Of a DNA stretch of 32,693 bases, positions 18,496-26,665 are shown one piece after another. Position numbers and translations under genes: made by a program. The stretch covers positions 1-32,693 of the forward strand of contig JBJMQJ010000217.1 of NCBI GenBank assembly GCA_045802765.1, given 5' to 3'. The notes below the pieces were generated by a model. The model worked only from the letters and a program-made list of their open reading frames with translations. It was not told where the DNA came from and ran no database searches. The stretch is from Myxococcales bacterium. GTDB lineage: Bacteria > Myxococcota > Myxococcia > Myxococcales > 40CM-4-68-19. The first letter of the stretch is position 1, and the number at the start of each line of letters is the position of its first letter.

Positions 18496-19315
18496 GCGGC
18501 GGACGCAGCGGCACCAGGCCGGCAGCCTCGTTCAGGCGCCCCGAGCGGAACGGCTCCAGGTCCACGCTGACGAACTTGAAGCCAGCCTCCCGCAGCGCCC
18601 GCGCCGCCTGATCGCGCACCGTCAGGAGGCGGGGCAGCTCCGCCTCGGCCACCTCGATCCGCGCGACGTCTCCGTGCCAGCGGACGCGGAACTCGCGCAG
18701 CCCCAGTCTCCGCAGCGCCATCTCCGACCGGGCGAGCTGGTCGAGGCGCTCGCGCGTCACCTCGGTGCCGTAGGGGATGCGGCTCGAAAGGCACGGCTGC
18801 TGGGGCTTGTCCCAGGTGGGCAGCCCCATCTCCCGCGAGAGCTCGCGGATCTCCGCCTTGGTCAGCGCCGCCTCGGCGAGCGGCTGCACCACCGCGTGCT
18901 CGTCCGCCGCCTTCAGGCCGGGGCGGTAGTCGCGCAGCTCGTCGGCGTTCGTGCCGGAGACGACCGCCGAGAGGCCGCGGGCGCGCGCCTCCTCTCGCGC
19001 CAGGTCGTACAGCTCCGTCTTGCAGAAGTAGCATCGGTCCGCCGGGTTGCTCGCGTAGTGCGGGTCGTCGAGCTCGGCGGAGGGTTTCTCCACGTGCTCG
19101 GCGCGCAGGTCGCGCGCCAACGCGCGGGCGGCTTCCAGCTCGTCGGGCGGCACGGCCGGCGAGACCGCCGTGAACGCCACCGCGCGGTGCCCGAGGGCTT
19201 CGCGGGCGAGCGCGAGGAGGAGCGCCGAATCGACTCCGCCCGAGTATGCGACGAGCGCGCTGCCCAGGCCGCGCAGCCGCTCGATCACCTGCTCCCGTTT
19301 GCGCGACAGCTCCAT
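18488..19315 (-). CDS. larE: PP-loop ATP-utilising enzyme, LarE-type sulfur transferase family (TIGR00268-like)
   Basis: 275 aa. The PP-loop is VAYSGGVDSALLL. The conserved Cys region is PQQPCLSSRIPYG. The 3' end overlaps the truA 3' end by 8 nt (convergent). Confidence 0.75.
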   Translation of the reverse strand: MELSRKREQVIERLRGLGSALVAYSGGVDSALLLALAREALGHRAVAFTAVSPAVPPDELEAARALARDLRAEHVEKPSAELDDPHYASNPADRCYFCKTELYDLAREEARARGLSAVVSGTNADELRDYRPGLKAADEHAVVQPLAEAALTKAEIRELSREMGLPTWDKPQQPCLSSRIPYGTEVTRERLDQLARSEMALRRLGLREFRVRWHGDVARIEVAEAELPRLLTVRDQAARALREAGFKFVSVDLEPFRSGRLNEAAGLVPLRPPLT

Positions 19316-19387
19316 GGGGCGGCTTCTAGCACGCTCGGGCTGGCCGGTCAGGTCACTCTAGCTGATCGTCTTCCGCGATGAGGATCT

Positions 19388-20290
19388 TCATGTCCCGACC
19401 CGGTTCCGACCGCCGGCCTTGGCTCGATAGAGCGCAGCGTCGGCGCGCGCGATGACCGCGGTCGCGTCCATCTGTCCCGCGGCGGCCGATGCGCAACCGA
19501 TACTGACCGTCACGGGGATCGCGCCCGCTGCCGTCATGACGGGCAGGGACGCCGCCGCCGACCGCATCCGCTCCGCGACTGCGAGGGACCCGGCGGTGCC
19601 ACATCCCGGCAGCACCGCGATCAGCTCCTCGCCGCCATAGCGCCCGAGCGCATCGTACGTCCGGAGAACGGCGGCGAGCCTCGCGGCCAATTCGCGCAGG
19701 ACGTCGTCTCCAGCCTGGTGGCCATGCCGGTCGTTGACGCGCTTGAAGTGGTCGGCGTCGAGGAGGAGCACGGACAGCTCGCTTCCCTGGCGGCTCGCGC
19801 GCGCGATCTCTTCGTCGAGCCGTTGCAGGATCGCCGTCCGGTTGTACAGCCCCGTCAAGCCGTCTCGCGTAGCCTGGACGCGGAGGGCTTCCTGGGCGGC
19901 CACCAGCTGCGCCTGCAGCGTGAGGATGCGCTCTCCGGTGCGCAGCCGGGCTTTCAGCTCCTCGGCATCGAAGGGCTTGCGGATGTAGTCGTCGGCGCCG
20001 GCCTCGAGCCCGGCCACCAGATCGCTCCGGGCTTCTCGCGAGGTGAGCAGGAGCAAGTACGAATACGGCGCCCCGGGGCGTGCGCGCGCGCGGCGGCACA
20101 CCTCGAGCCCGTCCAGCCGGGGCATCATCCAGTCGAGCACCGCCAGCCGCGGCGCGGTGTCGCGCAACAGCGACGCGAGAGCTTCCTCGCCGTCCTTGGC
20201 CACCTCCACCTCGTATCCCCACCGCACCAGGGACGCCTGCAGGACGCGGCGCGAGATCGGTTCATCGTCGGCGATGAGGACCCCGGTCAC
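19388..20290 (-). CDS. response regulator-diguanylate cyclase (REC + GGDEF)
   Basis: GTG start overlaps the hybrid-kinase stop (GTGA at 20287-20290). The receiver reads [14 protein letters not shown]...[13 protein letters not shown]. The GGDEF domain carries an RTYD I-site five residues before the active-site variant GGEEL. Confidence 0.85.
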   Translation of the reverse strand: MTGVLIADDEPISRRVLQASLVRWGYEVEVAKDGEEALASLLRDTAPRLAVLDWMMPRLDGLEVCRRARARPGAPYSYLLLLTSREARSDLVAGLEAGADDYIRKPFDAEELKARLRTGERILTLQAQLVAAQEALRVQATRDGLTGLYNRTAILQRLDEEIARASRQGSELSVLLLDADHFKRVNDRHGHQAGDDVLRELAARLAAVLRTYDALGRYGGEELIAVLPGCGTAGSLAVAERMRSAAASLPVMTAAGAIPVTVSIGCASAAAGQMDATAVIARADAALYRAKAGGRNRVGT

Positions 20291-22860
20291 GCTGCGTCCT
20301 CGGTGCAGAGCGCCTCGAGATCCGCCCGCAAGGTGGTCAGGGCCAGGGCGAGGGATTCGTAGATCTCCCGGGCGCCTTCCAGCTCGTTCGAGCGGCCCAG
20401 CAGCTCCAGGCGCCTGGCCAGCTCGGCGACGGTCAGGCCGCCCACGTTCGAGGCGCACCCCGTCAGCGCATGCGCCGTCCACGCCACGGCCGCGGCATCG
20501 GCTTTCCAGACCGCCTCGCGAATCGCGGAAAGCTGTAGAGGCGCTTCTTCCGCGAAGATCCCGGCCAGCTCGCGCAACAGCTCGCGGTCTCCTTCCACGC
20601 GCGCCAGCAAGCCCTCGCGATCGAGGTTTGTGGCCGACTGCGGGGACGGCCGCGGCGCCGGTGGGACGCGCGCGCCGAGCACGCGTGCCATCTCGGCATC
20701 GAGGTCCTTCGCTCGCAGCGGTTTCGGGACGTACCCGTCCATGCCTGCCGCGAAGCAGCGCTCCCGATCTCCCTTCATCGCATGGGCCGTCACGGCGATG
20801 ATCGGAACGCGGCGCCCGGTCGCCTTCTCCCGGTCGCGGATGGCCGCCGTCGCCTCGAGGCCGCTCATCTCCGGCATCTGCACGTCCATGAGGACCACAT
20901 CGAAAGTCTCGCGGTCGAGCGCGGACAGAACCTCCCGTCCGTTGTTGGCGAGCACCGGCCGGTGCCCGCCTCTTTCCAGCATGCGCAGCGCAAGGCGCTG
21001 GTTGACCGCGTTGTCTTCGGCGAGAAGCACCCGGAGCCCCTTCGGCACCGGACGATGCGTGTCCCGGGCCGCCTCCTCCTCGACGAGCGATGCAGCGCCG
21101 ATCGAGCGGACCACCGCGTCGCGCAGATCCGATTGCTTGACGGGCTTCATCAAGTACACGGATACGCCCGCCTCGAGGCAGCGCTCCGAGTCGCCCAGGT
21201 CGCTTGCCGACGAAAGCATCAGGATCGGGGCCTTCGCGAGCGACTTGCCCAGCCGCATCCTGCGGGCAAGCTCGAAACCGTCCATCTCGGGCATCCGCGC
21301 ATCGACGATCGCCAGAGCGAACGGACGTCGTTCCCGCTCGGCAGAGTCGAGGAGCCCGAGCGCGGCCGGCCCGCTGCCGGCGATCTCCGGGTCCATGCCC
21401 CAGGAGAGAAGCATTTCGCGGACGATCATCCGATTGGTTGCGTTGTCGTCGACGACGAGGACGCGCCGCCCCTGCAGATCGATCGGCGCGCCGGGCGCGG
21501 CTTGCCGCGGGGCGAGGTGCAGCGCGAGGCGTATGGTGAAGGCGAAGGAGCTTCCTTTCCCGAGCTCGCTCTCGACCTCGAGCCGGCCCCCCATCTTCTC
21601 GACGAGCTGCTGGGAGATGGCGAGGCCGAGTCCAGTCCCGCCGTACCTCCGCGTCGTCGAGCTGTCCCCCTGCGTGAACGGCTCGAAGATGGCGCCCTGC
21701 TTCTCCGGCGCGATGCCGATCCCGGTGTCGATGACGCGAAAGCGCAGATGGAATCCGTCGGCGGCCCGCGCCGCGGTCTCGACACGGACCATCACCTCTC
21801 CGGCCTCGGTGAACTTGATCGCGTTCCCCACCAGGTTCACGAGGACCTGCCCGAGCCGCGGAAAGTCGCCGACCAGCGCCTCCGGGAGATCGGCCGCGAC
21901 GTGGCAGAGCAGCTCGAGCCCCTTGGCCGAAGCGCGCACCGAGAGCGGCCGCAGCAGGTCGCCCAGCCGTTCGCGAAGCGCGAACGGAGCGGGGACGAGC
22001 TCGAGCTTGCCCGCCTCGATCTTCGAAAAATCGAGGATGTCGTTGATGACGCCGAGCAGCGAATCGGCCGAGGAGCTGACCATCTGCACGTACTCGCGCT
22101 GCTCGCGCGTCAGCTCGGTCTCGCCGAGCAGCTCCGTCATGCCGATGATCCCGTTCATCGGCGTGCGGATCTCGTGGCTCATGTTGGCGAGGAACTCGCT
22201 CTTCGCCCGGTTCGCTTCCTCGGCGGCGAGCCGCGCCTTGCGCAGCAGACGCGATTGCTCCTCCATCCGCTCGACCGACCGCCGCGCCAGCTGGAGCGCC
22301 CTCGATTTTTCGTTGCGGAGGCGCTCGGCGGTCCGGGCGGTGACGGCGAGATAGACGTTGCAGCCGAGCAGCGCGGCGAGCTTGACGAGCTCGAGGTGCC
22401 AGGACAAGGGACGCCCGTCGACCAGCGCGATCCACGCCAGCAGGCCCGCATAACCCGCGCCGGCCGCCGCGCCGAAGGCAAGCGCCCGGCGGAAGCTCGT
22501 GTGCGACTGATCGGCGACGCGGACGAGGAGCAGCGGCCACAGCCAGCTGTGCTCCCCGCCCGTCTGGTGGATGAACACGAGCCAGACGAGCATGTCGCAG
22601 GCGAGAAAGGCGCTGACCAGATCGAGGCTCGTCTTGCGGTATGACGCGCGGACGGCGAGATACGTGGCGAGGACGTAGCCGACGGCCAGCCACAGGACCC
22701 AGCCGGGTACGCCCGCGGGAGCGGCCGCCACCATCAGGATCAGGAGCCCGAATCCGAACGCGCGCAGGGCGGGGATCTGTACCGTGTCGAGCCGCTTGCG
22801 GTTCCCCGGCCGACCTGAGGATCCCCGCAGATCGACCCATTCGCGCAGGAGGCCCTGCAT
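20287..22860 (-). CDS. hybrid sensor histidine kinase: multi-TM sensor, HisKA, HATPase_c, two receiver domains, C-terminal Hpt
   Basis: I use the internal ATG at 22860 (MQGLLREW...), followed by about 5-6 hydrophobic segments. The H-box is [18 protein letters not shown]. The receivers read [13 protein letters not shown]...DARMPEMDG and [13 protein letters not shown]...DVQMPEMSG. The Hpt domain reads [13 protein letters not shown]. The track ORF extends to 23025. Confidence 0.85.
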   Translation of the reverse strand: MQGLLREWVDLRGSSGRPGNRKRLDTVQIPALRAFGFGLLILMVAAAPAGVPGWVLWLAVGYVLATYLAVRASYRKTSLDLVSAFLACDMLVWLVFIHQTGGEHSWLWPLLLVRVADQSHTSFRRALAFGAAAGAGYAGLLAWIALVDGRPLSWHLELVKLAALLGCNVYLAVTARTAERLRNEKSRALQLARRSVERMEEQSRLLRKARLAAEEANRAKSEFLANMSHEIRTPMNGIIGMTELLGETELTREQREYVQMVSSSADSLLGVINDILDFSKIEAGKLELVPAPFALRERLGDLLRPLSVRASAKGLELLCHVAADLPEALVGDFPRLGQVLVNLVGNAIKFTEAGEVMVRVETAARAADGFHLRFRVIDTGIGIAPEKQGAIFEPFTQGDSSTTRRYGGTGLGLAISQQLVEKMGGRLEVESELGKGSSFAFTIRLALHLAPRQAAPGAPIDLQGRRVLVVDDNATNRMIVREMLLSWGMDPEIAGSGPAALGLLDSAERERRPFALAIVDARMPEMDGFELARRMRLGKSLAKAPILMLSSASDLGDSERCLEAGVSVYLMKPVKQSDLRDAVVRSIGAASLVEEEAARDTHRPVPKGLRVLLAEDNAVNQRLALRMLERGGHRPVLANNGREVLSALDRETFDVVLMDVQMPEMSGLEATAAIRDREKATGRRVPIIAVTAHAMKGDRERCFAAGMDGYVPKPLRAKDLDAEMARVLGARVPPAPRPSPQSATNLDREGLLARVEGDRELLRELAGIFAEEAPLQLSAIREAVWKADAAAVAWTAHALTGCASNVGGLTVAELARRLELLGRSNELEGAREIYESLALALTTLRADLEALCTEDAA

Positions 22861-23046
22861 CGCCGTGTTCTGCGGCTCGGATCGGGTCGCGGGCGCCACC
22901 ACCGGGTATCGGCAGATCGCCGCCGTTCTGCAGCGCGCGCCGGCGGTGTGTGCATCGGGCGGGTTTGTCCACAACGAGCAGCGCAGCAGGTGCGGGCGCT
23001 TGGGCGCCCGATCATGCCCAATCACGAATCGGAAGCGGCTAAGGCG

Positions 23047-23811
23047 TCAGCGCTTGCGCTTCCCGCCCGCTGCTGCGCGCCGGGGCTCGACCCGCGCTGT
23101 CCGTGCCGCGGCCCGCTGCTTGGGGGCCGCCTTCTTGTGCAACTTCACCGCCTTGCGCAGCTTGACCGGCCGGACCTTCTCCGGTTTCGCCGCCTTGGGC
23201 GGCGCAGGCGCGGGCGTGGGCTTGCTCCGTACCGAGATCTTCGGACGGCCCTTCATCGCAGCCACGTTGGGGTCGATCAGGCGCTGCGCGACGAGCTGCC
23301 CCAGGATGTGCTCCACCGCCTCGTCGACCGTCGTCTTCGAAGTGTCGACGATGACCTCGGGGTGCTGCGGCGGCTCGTAGGGTTCGCTGATGCCGACCAG
23401 GTTCTTCAGCTCGCCGGCAAGCGCCTTCTTGTAGCGGCCCGTCCTGTCGCGCTGGATGAGGGTCTCGATCGGGCACTCGACGAAGACCTCGGCGAACCGG
23501 CCGATCTGCCGCCGGGCCTCGTCGCGAGTCTCCTTGTAGGGGCTCTCGATGGCGGCCTGGAGCACGATGCCGCCGCCGCGCGTGACGAGCCTGCACAGCC
23601 AGGCGAGCTTGCGCGCCTCGAGATTGCGCTCGTCCTTGTTCTGCCCGTGCGCGACGTTCAGGAACTGTTCAGCCTCGCCGCCGTCCAGTACCTCGACAGT
23701 TTTCCCCAGGCGCCGCAAGCGGTTGGCGAGCCCGGCGGCCAGGGTGGATTTCCCGGCGCCACTCATTCCGGTGAACCACACCGTGAAGCCAGCCGATGTC
23801 GTGCCGTTCAT
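23047..23811 (-). CDS. adenylylsulfate (APS) kinase-like P-loop protein with divergent substrate motifs and a Lys/Pro/Ala-rich basic C-terminal tail
   Basis: I use the internal ATG at 23811 (MNGTTSAGFTVWFTGMSGAGKSTLA), with GGAG about 10 nt upstream. The CysC-like core is AEVFVECPIETLIQRDRTGRYKKALAGELKNLVGISEPYEPP. The tail is KPTPAPAPPKAAKPEKVRPVKLRKAVKLHKKAAPKQRAAARTARVEPRRAAAGGKRKR. Confidence 0.75.
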   Translation of the reverse strand: MNGTTSAGFTVWFTGMSGAGKSTLAAGLANRLRRLGKTVEVLDGGEAEQFLNVAHGQNKDERNLEARKLAWLCRLVTRGGGIVLQAAIESPYKETRDEARRQIGRFAEVFVECPIETLIQRDRTGRYKKALAGELKNLVGISEPYEPPQHPEVIVDTSKTTVDEAVEHILGQLVAQRLIDPNVAAMKGRPKISVRSKPTPAPAPPKAAKPEKVRPVKLRKAVKLHKKAAPKQRAAARTARVEPRRAAAGGKRKR

Positions 23812-23926
23812 GGGTCCCGATCTCCGCAGCAGAACACTGAGTTGGAAACGCACATTACCGGTTGCCCTACCACCACGCAAGCAAATGCCTGCCCGGTGGG
23901 AGCCCCGATTCTCCGAATTTAGAAAG

Positions 23927-24391
23927 TCAAATGATGACGGGCACTTGTTCTTCCGCAAAATCGACGCGCGCGGAGTCCCAGGTATACAGGCGGGCGGCGT
24001 CGACCCCGGTGTCCTTGCAGGAGATGACCAGATATTGGACGCCCGGCCAGAGCGGCTCGATCCCGCCGCCGAGGGCCATCTCGCGATCCTCGCGCGAGAA
24101 ATATGCGCCGACGTCGGGATGCGAATGCACGATGGCAGCCAGCCTGCCGCCCTCCTGCTCGGCCTTCGCCAACGCGGCGAGCACCGCCTTCGGATCCATC
24201 ACATACCCGTCGCGACCGGTGCGCTCGCTCGTGCCCGCGGCAGCCGCGCTGCCGGCGACATTGGCGATCGGGAGAAACCGCAGCGATCCGTCGCGGGCGG
24301 CCAGAACCAGCCCGCAGCACTCGGCCGGATACGTGCTCCGCGCGTGCGCGGCAATCCGCGCCATCAACGGTTGCAGATCTGGTCCGGTCAC
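23927..24391 (-). CDS. mec: JAMM/MPN+ metallopeptidase (Mec-type, CysO-cysteine hydrolase-like)
   Basis: The JAMM motif is complete: E in YPAECCG, then HSHPDVGAYFSREDRE (HxHx7SxxD). GTG at 24391 overlaps the cysM stop (GTGA). An alternative ATG is at 24364. Confidence 0.85.
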   Translation of the reverse strand: MTGPDLQPLMARIAAHARSTYPAECCGLVLAARDGSLRFLPIANVAGSAAAAGTSERTGRDGYVMDPKAVLAALAKAEQEGGRLAAIVHSHPDVGAYFSREDREMALGGGIEPLWPGVQYLVISCKDTGVDAARLYTWDSARVDFAEEQVPVII

Positions 24392-25305
24392 GGCGTGTCC
24401 GGCGGCGGGAGATAGCGATCGGCCCGATCCGGGAAAAGAGTCACCACCACCCCGGGCCGGCCCGACGCGGCGAGCTCGCGCGCGACCTGGAGCGCGCCGA
24501 CTGCCGCCGCCCCCGCGCTGTGCCCCGCCAGCAGTCCTTCGTCCGATACGAGCCGCTCGGCCATGTCCCACCCCGCATCGGTGGAGATGGACAGCTTCCG
24601 GTCGAGCTCCTCTTCCCGGTAGATCGGGGGCACGATGCTGGAAGGCATGTGCTTGAGGCCCTCCAGGCCGTGGAGCGCCTCCGCGGGCTCGACCGCGATC
24701 ACCTGGACCGCGCCGGAATGCCGTCTCAGGCCGCGCGCGGTGCCCATGATCGTGCCGCCGGTGCCAATCCCCGCCACGAAGTGCGTGACGCGGCCTTTTG
24801 TGTCCCGCCAGATCTCTTCCGCGGTCGTCACCTCGTGCGCGCGGGGGTTCATCGGGTTCGAATACTGGTCGGCGTAGAACCAGCGCTCTGGCGCCTCGGC
24901 GACGAGCTTGCGGCACAGCCGGATTGCGCCGTCCGACTGCTCGAGCGGATCGCTGAAGATCTGCTCTGCGCCGTACGCACGGGTGAGCTGCTTGCGCGCG
25001 TCGGAAACGTTGCCCGGCATGACCAGCGCCACCCGAACCCCCAGCGCGGCGCCGAGCCAGGCGTAGGCGATCCCGGTGTTGCCGCTGGTAGAGTCGATCA
25101 ACGTGCGCGCCCGCCCCGGTCCCAAAAGGCCGCGCTCGATGGCGTCCTGGACGATGAACAGCCCGGCGCGGTCCTTGACGCTCCCGCCGGGGTTGAGCCA
25201 GTCGAGCTTGGCCCAGATCTCCACGCCGGGCGTCTCGCGCTCCAGGGAGCGGAGCCGGACCATCGGCGTATTGCCGACCGCTTGCGCGAGGGCGTCGACG
25301 ATCAC
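24388..25305 (-). CDS. cysM: PLP-dependent cysteine synthase, CysM-type (sulfur-carrier-protein dependent class suggested by context)
   Basis: The product starts VIVDALAQAVGNTPMVRL. The Schiff-base lysine motif is NPGGSVKDR. The Asn loop is STSGNTGIA and the Gly loop GIGTGGTIMG. GTG at 25305 overlaps the upstream ORF stop (GTGA). The track ORF extends upstream to 25473. Confidence 0.9.
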   Translation of the reverse strand: MIVDALAQAVGNTPMVRLRSLERETPGVEIWAKLDWLNPGGSVKDRAGLFIVQDAIERGLLGPGRARTLIDSTSGNTGIAYAWLGAALGVRVALVMPGNVSDARKQLTRAYGAEQIFSDPLEQSDGAIRLCRKLVAEAPERWFYADQYSNPMNPRAHEVTTAEEIWRDTKGRVTHFVAGIGTGGTIMGTARGLRRHSGAVQVIAVEPAEALHGLEGLKHMPSSIVPPIYREEELDRKLSISTDAGWDMAERLVSDEGLLAGHSAGAAAVGALQVARELAASGRPGVVVTLFPDRADRYLPPPDTP

Positions 25306-25673
25306 GGCCGGACCAGATGCCGCACCGCGCGCAGCGCGGCCATCGCACCCTCTTCGGCTGGCGGCTGGCGGCTGGCGGCTGGCGGCTGACCGGCGAGGTC
25401 GATGGTGAGATCCGGATCGCGGTCGAGGGTCCGCGCGTCGAGGATCCGCACGTCTTGTGACAACTCGAGGCATTCACGCGCCGCCGCCGGATCGTCGACG
25501 AGGAGGCCACCGACGCCCGACACCGCGAGGTATCGCGCAGCCCAGCGGGCCGCGCGTCCCGTTCCCCGGACGCGGACGCACGAGGAGAGGAGGCGCTCCT
25601 GACCTTCGCCGCCGAGCCCCTCGAGGAGCAGGTGACGCGCGTAGCGCTCCTGCTGCGCCTCCGTGAGCAGCAA
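25302..25673 (-). CDS. 123-aa ORF resembling only the N-terminal helix and first Rossmann element of ThiF/MoeB E1 enzymes, with a degenerate P-loop
   Basis: TTG start lies 1 nt after the cysO stop. The N-terminus reads LLTEAQQERYARHLLLEGLGGEGQERLLSSCVRVRGTGRAARWAARYLAVSGVGGLLVDD. Third-position GC is about 84% by my count. The stop overlaps the cysM GTG. The C-terminal part crosses the heptamer repeat. Confidence 0.6.
   Translation of the reverse strand: MLLTEAQQERYARHLLLEGLGGEGQERLLSSCVRVRGTGRAARWAARYLAVSGVGGLLVDDPAAARECLELSQDVRILDARTLDRDPDLTIDLAGQPPAASRQPPAEEGAMAALRAVRHLVRP
25356..25390 (+). repeat. heptanucleotide tandem repeat (GGCTGGC)x4 + GGCTGAC
   Basis: The sequence is ggctggc ggctggc ggctggc ggctggc ggctgac. 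All three minus-strand frames are open across it and each reads QPPAASRQ-type peptide in the track ORFs. It has the same unit and the same strand as 12691-12720. Confidence 0.9.
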
Positions 25674-25674
25674 T

Positions 25675-25953
25675 CTACCCCCCGGCGATGGCCGGCACGA
25701 TGGTCAGCTTGTCGCCCTCGGCGAGCGCCGTCTGCAGCGACTTCCCGTGCCGGATGTCTTCGTCGTTGCGGAAGATGTTGACGTACCGGCGCAGCCCTCC
25801 CTTGTCGTCGAGAAGCCGCTCCCGCAATCCGGGGTAGCGCCGCGACAGGTCTTCCACGGCGGCCTGCACCGTGGTGGCGTTCTCGACGGACACCTCGCTC
25901 TGGCCTTGGGTGAGGGGCCGCAGGGGAGCGGGGATCTTCACGATGACTGGCAT
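25675..25953 (-). CDS. cysO: MoaD/ThiS-family ubiquitin-like sulfur carrier protein (CysO-like), C-terminal Gly-Gly
   Basis: I use the internal ATG at 25953, preceded by AAGGAGG. The 92-aa product is MPVIVKIPAPLRPLTQGQSEVSVE...EGDKLTIVPAIAGG-stop, so the GG is already exposed at the C-terminus. Confidence 0.9.
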   Translation of the reverse strand: MPVIVKIPAPLRPLTQGQSEVSVENATTVQAAVEDLSRRYPGLRERLLDDKGGLRRYVNIFRNDEDIRHGKSLQTALAEGDKLTIVPAIAGG

Positions 25954-25972
25954 TCTCTTCGAACCTCCTTCC

Positions 25973-26665
25973 TCAAGGATGCCCGAGAGCAGCCTCCGGC
26001 GCGAGGGCACAGGCAGGGCAGCCCGGATCGCGTGGGACCTCGACGTCCCGCTCGGTCCCGCGCAGCCCGTCCCACTGGTGCAGGCGCCCGAGCGTACGCG
26101 GCCGCTCGCCGCGCAGGACCCTGGCCGCTTCCCCGGCCATCGCCGCGCCGACGAGGCCGCACAACGGGGACGCCACTCCCGCCTCGGCGCAGGTCGGCAG
26201 CGCGCCGGGCGGCGGCGGCCCTTCGAACAGGCAGCGCAGGCACGCACCGCGCCCCGGCAGGACGGCGAGGAGCTGCCCGCCCCACCCCAGGACGGCGCCG
26301 TGGACGAGCGGGATCCGCGCCGCGCAGGCGGCATCGTTCGCCGCGAACCGGGTCTCGAACGAATCGGTGCCGTCGAGGAGCACGTCGCAGCCGGCCAGGA
26401 GTGCTGCGGCGGACCGCGGGTTGAAGCGTTGCACGCGCGCCTCCGCGTGCACCCCGGGGACGAGCTGCGACAGCCGGCGCGCGGCGACTTCGGCCTTCGG
26501 CCGTGCGACGTCGGCATCGGTGAACAAGACCTGCCGCGCCAGGTTGGAGCGCTCCACCCGGTCGTCGTCGACGAGCAGCAGTCGCACCCCGGGCATTTCC
26601 TCGGCGAGCGCCAGCGCCGCGGGGCAACCCAGCCCCCCCATGCCGAGGATCACGACGGTGGTCAT
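25973..26665 (-). CDS. ThiF/MoeB-family E1-like adenylyltransferase (no rhodanese domain)
   Basis: 230 aa. It begins MTTVVILGMGGLGCPAAL (GxGxxG). Other motifs are VERSNLARQ, LLDGTDSFETRF and the zinc-type Cys pairs CLRC and CPAC. The ATG overlaps the upstream stop (ATGA at 26662-26665). Confidence 0.9.
   Translation of the reverse strand: MTTVVILGMGGLGCPAALALAEEMPGVRLLLVDDDRVERSNLARQVLFTDADVARPKAEVAARRLSQLVPGVHAEARVQRFNPRSAAALLAGCDVLLDGTDSFETRFAANDAACAARIPLVHGAVLGWGGQLLAVLPGRGACLRCLFEGPPPPGALPTCAEAGVASPLCGLVGAAMAGEAARVLRGERPRTLGRLHQWDGLRGTERDVEVPRDPGCPACALAPEAALGHP

Noticed and set aside
20291-22972. N-terminal 894 aa of track ORF 19388..22972 (1194 aa)
   Set aside because: Only the last 300 codons (REC-GGDEF, from GTG 20290) look real. 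The upstream part is an alternative frame over the hybrid kinase, which has clear HisKA/HATPase/REC/Hpt motifs in its own frame.
22994-23009. Hairpin GGGCGC-TTGG-GCGCCC downstream of the APS-kinase-like gene as a terminator
   Set aside because: The stem is only 6 bp, no T tract follows on the transcribed strand, and such GC palindromes are frequent in this composition.
23812-23926. 115-nt leader upstream of the APS-kinase-like gene as a possible sulfur/SAM riboswitch or promoter
   Set aside because: It is less GC-rich and has a TTGACT hexamer overlapping the mec stop and a short CCACC/GGTGG stem. I could not recognise any known riboswitch core or a properly spaced -10 element by eye. A covariance-model scan (Rfam) would be needed.
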